Source: Acidimicrobiia bacterium (GTDB taxonomy: Bacteria; Actinomycetota; Acidimicrobiia; ATN3; PSLF01). From it: a stretch of DNA of 64,000 nt. The notes beneath the pieces are model-generated. The model ran no database searches. It worked only from the letters and a program-made list of their open reading frames with translations, and had not been told where the DNA came from. Positions 29,214 through 37,681 of the stretch are shown here, in pieces. Where the stretch lies: the NCBI GenBank assembly GCA_040289475.1, contig PSLF01000003.1, positions 91,418 through 155,417 of the forward strand, read 5' to 3'. Numbering within the stretch: the stretch's first letter is position 1; each line of letters begins with the position of its first letter. The translations under genes were made by a program, and so were the position numbers.

Positions 29214-30787
29214 AACACAGGAGTGTCATGACCAAAAACAGAACAATTGCCTCAAATGTACCGTTTGTACCCACTTCTTCTTTTTATCGCGGAGACGAAG
29301 GTTGGTCCGTGGCTACTGCACTCGCCCTCGGATTAGTTGCTACCCTCATGGCAACGACAGCTATGTACTTTGCTCTCGGAGATTTTGGAATTGCTACCCG
29401 CTATAGAAACTGGACTGCCGCAATAGCGGCCGCCGAAACGGGGATAGATCAGTATTTGACAAAGCTGGAAGCCGACCCCCAGTACTGGGCCCTTCCTCCA
29501 TCTCAACGTGACCCTGCTTACTTCCCCGGCGAATTAACCTGGACCGCAGTTCCCGAGGGACAGGGTGAATATAAACTAGAGGTAACTGCAATACCGACTC
29601 CGATAGGCAAGCCTGCTAGAGTTTCAATTATCTCTACTGGAAGAGTAAATGGAGTAGTGAGAAGCATTCAAGTCGAATTAGAGAGGAAACAGTTTCTCGA
29701 TTGGATGTACTTCACAGATTTTGAAGCTTATACTCCACAAGAAGGCGGCCGAAACTGCCTCACATACAATCAGGCGCCTCCTGACTGCGGAGCGATAGAT
29801 TTCGTGAGCCAAGATGTCTTGAGGGGACCAATAAAATCAAATGACTGGATCCGCTACTGCGGAACCCCGACCTTTCAATATGCAGTTGAGTCTGGAAGGG
29901 GCGGTGTGTACCGAGCACAGGGTTGTGGGGTTGACGGATCACCGACATATCAGCAGGGTCCGCCAAAGGAGTGCGGGAAAACCGGAACCCCGTGCCCCAG
30001 CGAAATGCCAATTTCCAATGCCAAGCTACTTCAAGATGCAGAACAAGGAGGATATGTCTACCAAGGACCAGTCGAAATTACTCCCTTACCTAACGGCAAA
30101 ATCAGAGTTTATTCTAGGTTCGGAAACGATGCCGTGGCAAACGGTCCTGCCCGTACAAGAACGCTACAGCAGGCTCCTCCCACTTCAACATTGAACGAAT
30201 GGAATCCTCCGCCAAACGGCGTTATATACGTTAGCAATATGACAACACCTCAAAATCAACAAGCAAAAGTTTATGTTGGCGGCACGGTTAGCGGTGGGCT
30301 TACCATCGGATCTGCCTACAGAATCTTTGTCTGGAAATCAATCAATTACGCCGACACATCATCGCGCTCAAGGGATGTGCTTGGGCTGATATCTAATGAA
30401 TCAATCATAATTGGAGACGATCGAGTTGGCTGCAGCGATCCTAGAAAGCGACCTCAAAACCCTACGGTGAGGGCTGCGATGCTGGCACTCAATGGTGACA
30501 TTCGGGCTTGGGGGATAGTCAACCCTCCAGATCCTTGTACGGATCCGGGTGATGGAGAATTTGTCAATGGGACCTTGACTTACTACTCTGCGATAGCCCA
30601 AAAGTGGCGGGGTGTAGTCGGTACATATAAATCATCGGGCGGACAAATACAAATAACCCGTGGCTACGTGAAAGATTACCGCTACGACGAACGACTTAGA
30701 TATGTACAGCCCCCGCGCTTTATGGAACCTACGAACACCAGTTGGAATAAGCTCTCCTGGAGAGAAATTCCTCCCAAGAAGTACTGA
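29210..30787 (+). CDS. PilX_N-like minor-pilin-type protein with large (~430 aa) C-terminal domain
   Basis: 525 aa. Its ATG overlaps the upstream stop (ATGA). The N-terminal hydrophobic helix is WSVATALALGLVATLMATTAMYFALG, followed by a PilX_N-like motif (...WTAAIAAAETGIDQYL). The Cys-rich, beta-rich C-terminal region has no recognisable enzymatic motif. Confidence 0.6.
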   Translation: MKHRSVMTKNRTIASNVPFVPTSSFYRGDEGWSVATALALGLVATLMATTAMYFALGDFGIATRYRNWTAAIAAAETGIDQYLTKLEADPQYWALPPSQRDPAYFPGELTWTAVPEGQGEYKLEVTAIPTPIGKPARVSIISTGRVNGVVRSIQVELERKQFLDWMYFTDFEAYTPQEGGRNCLTYNQAPPDCGAIDFVSQDVLRGPIKSNDWIRYCGTPTFQYAVESGRGGVYRAQGCGVDGSPTYQQGPPKECGKTGTPCPSEMPISNAKLLQDAEQGGYVYQGPVEITPLPNGKIRVYSRFGNDAVANGPARTRTLQQAPPTSTLNEWNPPPNGVIYVSNMTTPQNQQAKVYVGGTVSGGLTIGSAYRIFVWKSINYADTSSRSRDVLGLISNESIIIGDDRVGCSDPRKRPQNPTVRAAMLALNGDIRAWGIVNPPDPCTDPGDGEFVNGTLTYYSAIAQKWRGVVGTYKSSGGQIQITRGYVKDYRYDERLRYVQPPRFMEPTNTSWNKLSWREIPPKKY

Positions 30788-30891
30788 CGTATTTCACGCA
30801 GTTCCAGGGTGTTACTAGCTAAATAATTGCAGGCTGTGTATTCACCCGCGATTGCGAAGTCTATAAAACACGACAGAAAAACTTGTAACTA

Positions 30892-31719
30892 TCAGATTAC
30901 GAAAGCTAGATTGTCGATAAGGCGATAGCCAAGAGTTTCATCTCCTGCCAATTCCACTATGCCTTCCTTTAGTGAAGTGCGGGGATTGATTCGACCCGAA
31001 CACAGCGCGACATATGTGCCAACGTCGCTCCGGAACTTTACTGAAGGCAGAGCTTCAAAAGAGTCAACGGCTATTCCCCTACCGCTTTTTACAGTGACTG
31101 TAAGCTTATCTGGTGGAGGGGTGTCCCGGTATGAAATAACAAAAGTCACCGAGGCTCCCTCTGGAAAAGCTGCTTTTTTTCCCACCACATATGGCATCGC
31201 CTTAAAGCAGCGGCTTACAGCATTACGAGCCGCTTTGCCGGCTAAATTGCCCGGTTTCTTTACTGCACGACGTATATCTTGCTCATGTACCCAGCAGTCG
31301 AACACCCTGATCTTCATAAAATCCAGATAAGAACCAGGGCCTTCAGGTGTCATGACCTGGCGCCCAAACTCTTCTAGACTCATGTTACGTAGATCTTCTA
31401 GACGCTCCTGGGTTATCGATCGAAACTCGGCTAGCACTTCTTCAGGCGGCAATCGCCGTCTCGCTTCAACGTGAACCTCGTTCATTTCGCCTATACGGTT
31501 TTTTACATACGGTCTAGGAACCACTTCCTGATCTGGAGTTGGTTTTCCCGCAAGCATCGACTCGGTTCCAATGATGTGTGACACCTGGTCTTTTACAGTC
31601 CATCCTGGGCAATCGGTCGGCAAATCCCACTCGTGAGCAGAAAGGCCGGAGCAAAGCTCGTCAATGGAAGCCCAAACAGACTCAAGCACGTCGATTGTAT
31701 CTTTTGGATCCTCGTCCAT
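30892..31719 (-). CDS. TIGR03083/DinB_2-type mycothiol-dependent maleylpyruvate-isomerase N-terminal domain family protein
   Basis: 275 aa. The characteristic HEWDLPTDCPGWTVKDQVSHI motif is present. Low-GC gene flanked by AT-rich intergenic DNA. Confidence 0.7.
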   Translation of the reverse strand: MDEDPKDTIDVLESVWASIDELCSGLSAHEWDLPTDCPGWTVKDQVSHIIGTESMLAGKPTPDQEVVPRPYVKNRIGEMNEVHVEARRRLPPEEVLAEFRSITQERLEDLRNMSLEEFGRQVMTPEGPGSYLDFMKIRVFDCWVHEQDIRRAVKKPGNLAGKAARNAVSRCFKAMPYVVGKKAAFPEGASVTFVISYRDTPPPDKLTVTVKSGRGIAVDSFEALPSVKFRSDVGTYVALCSGRINPRTSLKEGIVELAGDETLGYRLIDNLAFVI

Positions 31720-31846
31720 TACCTACGTACTATCTGCAAGGCATTTACCAGTATTAGTCTAAAGAGATATCGTGGGTAGCACTGTATTGTAATTGTTAGA
31801 AGCAGTTTGTGCCATTTGGACGGCGAAATCAATGGAGGTAGCCACC

Positions 31847-32185
31847 ATGGACAAGCTGGAGCGAGTAAAGATACACATGAGCAAGTTCGAGTCTGGATCA
31901 CCAATCGACGAGATACTCGAAGACTATGCCGAGAATTCAGTTTTAGAGGTTCAGGGAAATCGCTTTGAGGGGCGCGATAGCATTGCAAATTTCTTCACCA
32001 AAACCCTAGAGGCATTCGGGCATCAGAAATTCGAAAACATTGAGTATAAAGAGGCAGATGACGGAGCAGTTGAGGTCAGCTGGCAAGCAGGTCCCGTAAA
32101 AGGGGGAGATAAGTTCTACTTCAATGAGAGCGGCATGTTCATACGACAAAAAGCTTACATAGGTAACAGGCCCGAGGATTTTTAG
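31847..32185 (+). CDS. NTF2-like/SnoaL-like small protein
   Basis: The ATG at 31847 (MDKLERVKIHMSKFESGSPIDEILEDYAENSVLEVQGNRFEGRDSIANFF...) is preceded by GGAGG 9 nt upstream. The track ORF starts at 31793. Confidence 0.55.
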   Translation: MDKLERVKIHMSKFESGSPIDEILEDYAENSVLEVQGNRFEGRDSIANFFTKTLEAFGHQKFENIEYKEADDGAVEVSWQAGPVKGGDKFYFNESGMFIRQKAYIGNRPEDF

Positions 32186-32410
32186 TTAGTTGGATGCCAG
32201 CTCCTAAGTCACACACATAAGCGCCCCCTTATGCGACACTGCTTGACAAAAAGGAAGCCATTTCACTACAGGACAGTCAACAGACGCCACTAGAGAAACG
32301 CAAACTCTGGCTTCTCGAGCGGCAACGTGGCACATCTAGCCGTAATGAAAACGGCTACACTCGTGGCACAAATGTAAAACTTTTAGAACTTTTAGCCACA
32401 GGAGGCAACG

Positions 32411-34132
32411 ATGTCGGAACTGCTAATTCTCGGCCACATTCTCACGATGAATCCCGAACGTCCACGGGCACGAGCTCTGTTCGTACGCGATGGAAAAATC
32501 GAGGCACTCGACAGTGAGGCCGAGGAAAGAGCCCGTTCTCTGACCGGTTCCGCCGAGGCTACCGATGTGCACCACGCAAAGAAAACGGGTGCTCTAGAAG
32601 TCATTGATTTGAATGGGAAGACGCTGATACCAGGCCTAACTGACGCTCACCATCACATGGCACAATCCGCTGCCCAGGGAGCATGGGTCGAGGTGTCTCC
32701 GAAGCGCTGTCCGACCACAGCTGACATTTTAGAAACCCTGCGTCGTGCTCCTAAGACCTCATGGGTGATCGGCTGGGGAGCTGACGAAACACTCCAACCA
32801 GGGCCCCTTTCTCGAAAGGAGCTTACGGACGCAGTCCCAGATCGGCCTTGTGTCGTAATCCACTCTTCCTACCATCACTGCTGGGCAAATGACATCGCTT
32901 TGGAAACATGCGGCGTGAGGGCGTCGACTCCCGACCCCGAAGGAGGCAGGATCGATCGTGACAAAAAAGGGCGACCTACCGGGCTTCTTTTTGACTCAGC
33001 CATGACGCTAGTGTTCCAGCCAGCCCAGAAAGCTTCACTAGAAGATCCAATGATGGATTGGGCAGGTCTAGTGCGCGCTCACCAAGAGCGCATGCTCTCT
33101 TACGGATTTACGTATCTGTGCGATGCATGCGCACCACCAGAATTCGAAGAGCTCTATCGCCAGCTGGCAGACGCCGGGGTCATAGAAATCCCGATGACTG
33201 TGTGTCCTACAGGAGCTGACGGATTTTTTGTGCTTCCCGAAACGCGACTCGAAGGACCTCCAACCGGAGAACGCCACGGCCCTCTGATTCTGGGACCTAT
33301 GAAGATTTTTATTGATGGAGCAACCAGATGTGCCGTAGAACTCAATCTCGCTAAGACACTTCGCGCGGCTGTGCGAGGTGCACTGCGGGGAATACGAGCC
33401 CGCAATTTCGCGACCGTGGCTATGCTGGCTGACACTACTGTCCCAATCCGTCTTCACAAGGGGAAGCTGCTGCGCGGCGACCTATTCGTGGATGCGGGCC
33501 GCTTTCGAGACTTTTGCCATAAAGCATCCAAGCGTGGATTCGGAATCATCACCCATGCCCTGGGAAACCGGGCCGCCCGTTCGGTCCTAGAGGCTTACAG
33601 AACCCTCGATGATCCGGTGGGCACTCCTCGGGTTGAACATGTGACAATAGCCGATCCAAAACTCATCGAGGACCTCGGAAAATCTGGGTTCGGAGTAGCG
33701 ACTCAGCCCGGCTTCATCGAACTATTCCCATGGATGGCCGAGCTTCCTCTCCCCGAAGAAATCGCAGTAGTACCAGTAAAAAGCCTTGTGGATGCGGGAA
33801 CGTTTCTAGCGTTCTCTACTGACCAGCCATCGGGAGAACCAGACCCGTGGGTAGGTCTGTCGTGCGCTGTTTCGCGCAAGACTCCCAGCGGAGCGACAGT
33901 GTGCGGATCGGAGGCAGTAGGTCCAGAAACCGCGCTTGCTCTTTTTACCAGAGAGGCTGCGAGGCTCTCTGGATACGAAGGCGGAATTCTCGCCCCAGGC
34001 TGCCCCGCGGACTTCGTCGTGCTCGACTCGGATCCTCTTGCCGACAGCGCTCTTGCAGAACGTAGAGTACGTCCCCTTCAGACATGGATAAAGGGCAAAC
34101 TCGCGTGGCAGAGAAGCCACCAAGTTCGCTAG
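32411..34132 (+). CDS. Amidohydrolase-family (Amidohydro_3) metal-dependent hydrolase
   Basis: 573 aa with AGGAGG RBS upstream. The metal-binding HxH-type motif is GLTDAHHHM, and a downstream His/Asp region follows (...VEHVTIADP..., ...STDQP...). Confidence 0.75.
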   Translation: MSELLILGHILTMNPERPRARALFVRDGKIEALDSEAEERARSLTGSAEATDVHHAKKTGALEVIDLNGKTLIPGLTDAHHHMAQSAAQGAWVEVSPKRCPTTADILETLRRAPKTSWVIGWGADETLQPGPLSRKELTDAVPDRPCVVIHSSYHHCWANDIALETCGVRASTPDPEGGRIDRDKKGRPTGLLFDSAMTLVFQPAQKASLEDPMMDWAGLVRAHQERMLSYGFTYLCDACAPPEFEELYRQLADAGVIEIPMTVCPTGADGFFVLPETRLEGPPTGERHGPLILGPMKIFIDGATRCAVELNLAKTLRAAVRGALRGIRARNFATVAMLADTTVPIRLHKGKLLRGDLFVDAGRFRDFCHKASKRGFGIITHALGNRAARSVLEAYRTLDDPVGTPRVEHVTIADPKLIEDLGKSGFGVATQPGFIELFPWMAELPLPEEIAVVPVKSLVDAGTFLAFSTDQPSGEPDPWVGLSCAVSRKTPSGATVCGSEAVGPETALALFTREAARLSGYEGGILAPGCPADFVVLDSDPLADSALAERRVRPLQTWIKGKLAWQRSHQVR

Positions 34133-34149
34133 AACTAAGCGTCAGGGCC

Positions 34150-34635
34150 TCAAGCTCCCCACGGGCTCGAAGCCTCTAGGCTCGGATCGGGAGGCAGATT
34201 GGATACTTCCTGTGGAAAGTACTCAGCAATCTCGGCGAGAATGTCACGTATAGACAGGAGCCCCGAAGGTTTTCCGTCTTCATCGACTACGGGCAGGTGT
34301 CGGAAACCCCCTTCCCGAAGCTTCTCGATAGCGTCTTTGATAGACGAGGCCAGCGACACCGTCACGGGATCGGGCGTCATCAACTGTTCTAACGGTGCTC
34401 GCCGCCAGTCGGCCCCACCCTGCACTGACGCTCGGCTCTCTAGCAACAACACATCCCGCTCGGTGAAGATCCCTACAACCAAGCCGGAAGCGTCAAGAAC
34501 TACTACTGCGCCACGCTCGTGACGTACCATCTCTTCTACTGCGGCCTCACCCGTCGCATCTACTGGCAGCGTCACACAGTCTCTAAGGCTCAGGTCACGC
34601 ACCGGCCGTGCGCCGATGTCTCTTACGCGATCCAT
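34150..34635 (-). CDS. CBS-pair domain protein
   Basis: Internal ATG at 34635 (MDRVRDIGARPVRDLSLRDCVTL...) is preceded by a GGGGGAG RBS. This removes the 77-nt overlap that the track ORF (to 34731) has with the upstream CBS gene. Two CBS motifs are present. Confidence 0.7.
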   Translation of the reverse strand: MDRVRDIGARPVRDLSLRDCVTLPVDATGEAAVEEMVRHERGAVVVLDASGLVVGIFTERDVLLLESRASVQGGADWRRAPLEQLMTPDPVTVSLASSIKDAIEKLREGGFRHLPVVDEDGKPSGLLSIRDILAEIAEYFPQEVSNLPPDPSLEASSPWGA

Positions 34636-34654
34636 CACTCCCCCTGCCTCAACA

Positions 34655-35161
34655 TCAGCCCCCACCGATGTCGACCCAGTCCTCTTCTGAGTCTTGCTCG
34701 GGTTCTCCTTCTCGCTGTTCCTTGAAGACATCCATCAAAAAGTCGATCACATCGAAAATAGTGAGGACCCCTAAGGGTTTTCCGTCCTTGGTCACCACCG
34801 GGATGTTTCGATACCCTCCAATTGCCATACGATTGATCGCATAGGCAACCGAGGCCCACTCCTCCACACACTCGGGATCTTCAGTCATGACTTCCCGGAC
34901 CGCGACGGCGTTCGGGTCTCTCGCCTCGGCAACAACTCGCACTAAAAAGTCTCTTTCGGTGAAAATCCCACGGAGCTTTCCCTTGGACTCGACCAGCACG
35001 CAGCCCGTGCCTAGGTTGGCGAGTTTGGAAGCCGCCTCTGCGACCGAGTCTGAATCGGAGATCAGCTGTCCCTCTGCACGGGTCAAAAATTCTTTTACGG
35101 GGGTGTCAAAGCGAATCATCGTTTTTGGGAATTGCATTAGCCGAGGTCTTTCCAAGTCCAC
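34655..35161 (-). CDS. CBS-pair domain protein
   Basis: 168 aa with two CBS motifs (...GCVLVESKGKLRGIFTERDFLVRV..., ...NIPVVTKDGKPLGVLTIFDVIDFL...) and an acidic C-terminal tail. Confidence 0.75.
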   Translation of the reverse strand: MDLERPRLMQFPKTMIRFDTPVKEFLTRAEGQLISDSDSVAEAASKLANLGTGCVLVESKGKLRGIFTERDFLVRVVAEARDPNAVAVREVMTEDPECVEEWASVAYAINRMAIGGYRNIPVVTKDGKPLGVLTIFDVIDFLMDVFKEQREGEPEQDSEEDWVDIGGG

Positions 35162-35332
35162 ATAAAACCGCTACAGCGGTACAGATAGGCTACATCAAAG
35201 GACTGCTGGTTTCTCGTGGGAACAGCCATTAATAACTCCCAATCGAAGAATAAAAAGGGACCGGAGAAAGCCCCAGCTCTCTCCGGTCCCCTGCGGCAAG
35301 CAGCGCCTTACGGCGCTTCGGGGTGGCAGGGC

Positions 35333-36382
35333 TCACGAGATCACGGCCTTCTCTGAGCGAAACGCCGTAAAGACGGCCCGCTTGCCGACCACTGTAATGT
35401 GGTGGTATTGGGGGTAGGGGTAGTCGAGGAGAGCCTCCGATCCGGAGGAACGCATGCTCAAGTCACGGGCCTTGAACTTGGAGACCACATACGGGCAGGT
35501 GATATCGATTGTGTCGCACGCAGCACCAGCGGCCCTGTGGGAGACCCACAGCGTTTTTCCTTTGGCGTCCAGTGCGATAGCAGAAGCCGGACCCACGCTA
35601 GCGGAGTCGATAACCGAACCCGTGGTTGCGTCTACTCGAACAACGTCTTGACTACGCTTGCCGGCAAGAAAGATCGTCTGACCGTGCAAGGCGTACAAGG
35701 AGTCGCTCGCTGCCAGAGGCGTGGTGAGATCGGCCAGTACCTGCAAGCTGGATCCATCGAAGATTCTGATTCGGCCGTGCTCACCAACGAGCACTCTCCC
35801 CGTAGCTAGATCCACAGCCAGATTGGTGGCGTAGACTGCCCCAGAGGCGATCTCTGCGATTCGCGCTCCCGAAGAGGGATCTATCACGAACACAGCCCGA
35901 TCTCCAGCCATTGTTGTGCCGCGCACCCCGGCGAAAAGTCTTCCGCTCTTTGGCTCGAATGCCAGGCCCACTGTCGATGCTCCGACATCTATGTAGCCCG
36001 CGTACGACATATCAGCGGCGTTGTAGACGTGAATACCCCATCCATCTGCGGCAAAGATCACGTTCCGTGCAGGGTCATAGGCGAGCTCGAAAAGCATGCC
36101 AGGGTACGCCGAGTTCTGCCTAAGGAGCGAGCCCCCTGGCACCGAGTATGCGTTCACCAACCCCGGTCCCGAAAAGCCGACCTGCGACAAGTAGAGCTCG
36201 GAGCCATTTGTTGCTGCGCCGGCGCTGTATCGGGGCACAACTATCGTCGTCTCGCTGCGCATTCTTTGTGCGTAGGCTCCAGCAGTCATCACGACCGTGG
36301 TAGCAATTGCAAAGAAAACCACGGCGGCGGTGCGGAGCGTATTTCTCTGCCAGCTAGTACTGGCTTTAGGTGTTCGAATCAT
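35333..36382 (-). CDS. Secreted YVTN/YncE-like beta-propeller repeat protein
   Basis: Internal ATG at 36382 is preceded by an AAGGAGAGGGAG RBS. Signal peptide: MIRTPKASTSWQRNTLRTAAVVFFAIATTVVMTAGAYA|Q. Repeated segments of about 40 residues with ...G...D..G...YV... patterns follow. Confidence 0.6.
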   Translation of the reverse strand: MIRTPKASTSWQRNTLRTAAVVFFAIATTVVMTAGAYAQRMRSETTIVVPRYSAGAATNGSELYLSQVGFSGPGLVNAYSVPGGSLLRQNSAYPGMLFELAYDPARNVIFAADGWGIHVYNAADMSYAGYIDVGASTVGLAFEPKSGRLFAGVRGTTMAGDRAVFVIDPSSGARIAEIASGAVYATNLAVDLATGRVLVGEHGRIRIFDGSSLQVLADLTTPLAASDSLYALHGQTIFLAGKRSQDVVRVDATTGSVIDSASVGPASAIALDAKGKTLWVSHRAAGAACDTIDITCPYVVSKFKARDLSMRSSGSEALLDYPYPQYHHITVVGKRAVFTAFRSEKAVIS

Positions 36383-36615
36383 CTCCCTCTCCTTTCGGTG
36401 TGACGGATCGGTCGTAGTTGATTTCGTCGACAAGGGAGGTCGTAGCGAGATGTCGGGGGTCCTGCTTTCGGGATACCGGAAATACTCACTACGAGCGCGC
36501 AAAAGTCCCACCGAAGGTGTGACGAAGGTCCTAGCGACTACAAAGCAACCCGATCGGATGGGAGCCGACAGGAGTAGATCCTCAGGCTATCTGCAGGCGA
36601 AAACAGTCGGACCAG

Positions 36616-37131
36616 CTACCACCGTTCGAAGTGGACGATATCGCTCAAGGGACGCCGCTTTGGATTGGCTATAGGACGGAGGTTCCCTGTCTTGGGGTAT
36701 CCGAACGCTATGACGTGTCTACACAAGAGCCCTTCTGGAATGCCGAGCAGTCGAACAACTGCCTGCTTTTCTTGTACACCCGCATGGCTGCTGCCTATTC
36801 CGAGGGCGGTGGCGGCAATCATCATCGACATAGTCACTTGCCCGAGGTCATACTGAACCCACCAACGCCCCTCTTCGCTGTCTCTCTCGGGAGCCACAAG
36901 TGCCACTGCAGCAGCACACGTTGCGACGTGATGCGCGGCCCCACAGGCATCCGCAAGCCTTCGAAGCGTCTCTCTGTCCCGACAGACAACGAAATTCCAA
37001 GGCTGAGAGTTCATTGCTGAAGGAGACCTTCTCCCTGCTTCGAGGATGCGCTCCAAATCAGACGCTGGAATCGGACGATCTGCAAATTCCCTCACGTCGC
37101 GTCGTGCACAGATCGCGTCCCACGCCTCCAT
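36616..37131 (-). CDS. Nitroreductase-family protein
   Basis: 171 aa. ...RRDVREFADRPIPASDLERILEAGRRSPSAMNSQPWNFVV... is a typical nitroreductase N-terminus. Confidence 0.75.
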   Translation of the reverse strand: MEAWDAICARRDVREFADRPIPASDLERILEAGRRSPSAMNSQPWNFVVCRDRETLRRLADACGAAHHVATCAAAVALVAPERDSEEGRWWVQYDLGQVTMSMMIAATALGIGSSHAGVQEKQAVVRLLGIPEGLLCRHVIAFGYPKTGNLRPIANPKRRPLSDIVHFERW

Positions 37132-37277
37132 AGCGTCTAGGTCCCTCCTCAGGTAACCGACCCTTCCACTGAGAGTAAAAGTCCCTATCGAAGGTCAGCA
37201 GATGCCAACAATAGCGTTCGTTTCAGAGGTTTCGTAAATGCGATGAACGAAAACTCGGATCAACTGCTGTCTGGCAA

Positions 37278-37673
37278 CTATAAACCCGGCCGAGTAGCTT
37301 TTTTTAGATCTCGACTCGGAACCCCCGCCCAAAGGCGCTCCAAAGCGTAGAACTCCCTAGAAGATTCGGTCATGACATGGACCACGACATCCCCGCAGTC
37401 CAATAGCACCCATTCGGCCGTATCATGTCCTTCTTTGCTCGAGATTGGGACTCCTATGTTGCGAAGCTTTTTTTCCATCTCTTCCACGATGGTGCGAACC
37501 TGACGCCGATTTGCTGCAGAGACGATCACGAACCAGTCCACGATACTCAGGCACTCGCCAACCATGAGGGCGACTGCGCTAGAAGCCTTCTTTTCAAACG
37601 CCACCTCGGCCACAACCGCAATTACATCCTCGCCCTCTGAGACAAAGCTGGGCTGCACTTGGGAAAACTCCAC
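37278..37673 (-). CDS. rsfS: Ribosomal silencing factor RsfS (Iojap family)
   Basis: 131 aa with a conserved ...DWFVIVSAANRRQVRTIVEEMEKKL...HVM... core. It lies next to nadD, the conserved position. Confidence 0.85.
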   Translation of the reverse strand: MEFSQVQPSFVSEGEDVIAVVAEVAFEKKASSAVALMVGECLSIVDWFVIVSAANRRQVRTIVEEMEKKLRNIGVPISSKEGHDTAEWVLLDCGDVVVHVMTESSREFYALERLWAGVPSRDLKKATRPGL

Positions 37674-37681
37674 GTTTTTAC

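Noticed and set aside
16539-30787. Idea that comEA/comEC and the pilin-like cassette form one competence pseudopilus system
   Set aside because: They are separated by 7 kb that includes leuS, a response regulator and tRNA-Ala. They lie on opposite strands and have different G+C. There is no ComGA/ComGB-type ATPase or platform gene, so they are treated as independent.
23959-37200. tRNA-Ala-anchored genomic island spanning carbonic anhydrase to nitroreductase
   Set aside because: No integrase or recombinase gene is present, and no direct repeat of the tRNA 3' end was found by eye. Most of the span has native G+C. Only the 25.9-32.3 kb sub-segment is compositionally distinct, and this is reported separately.
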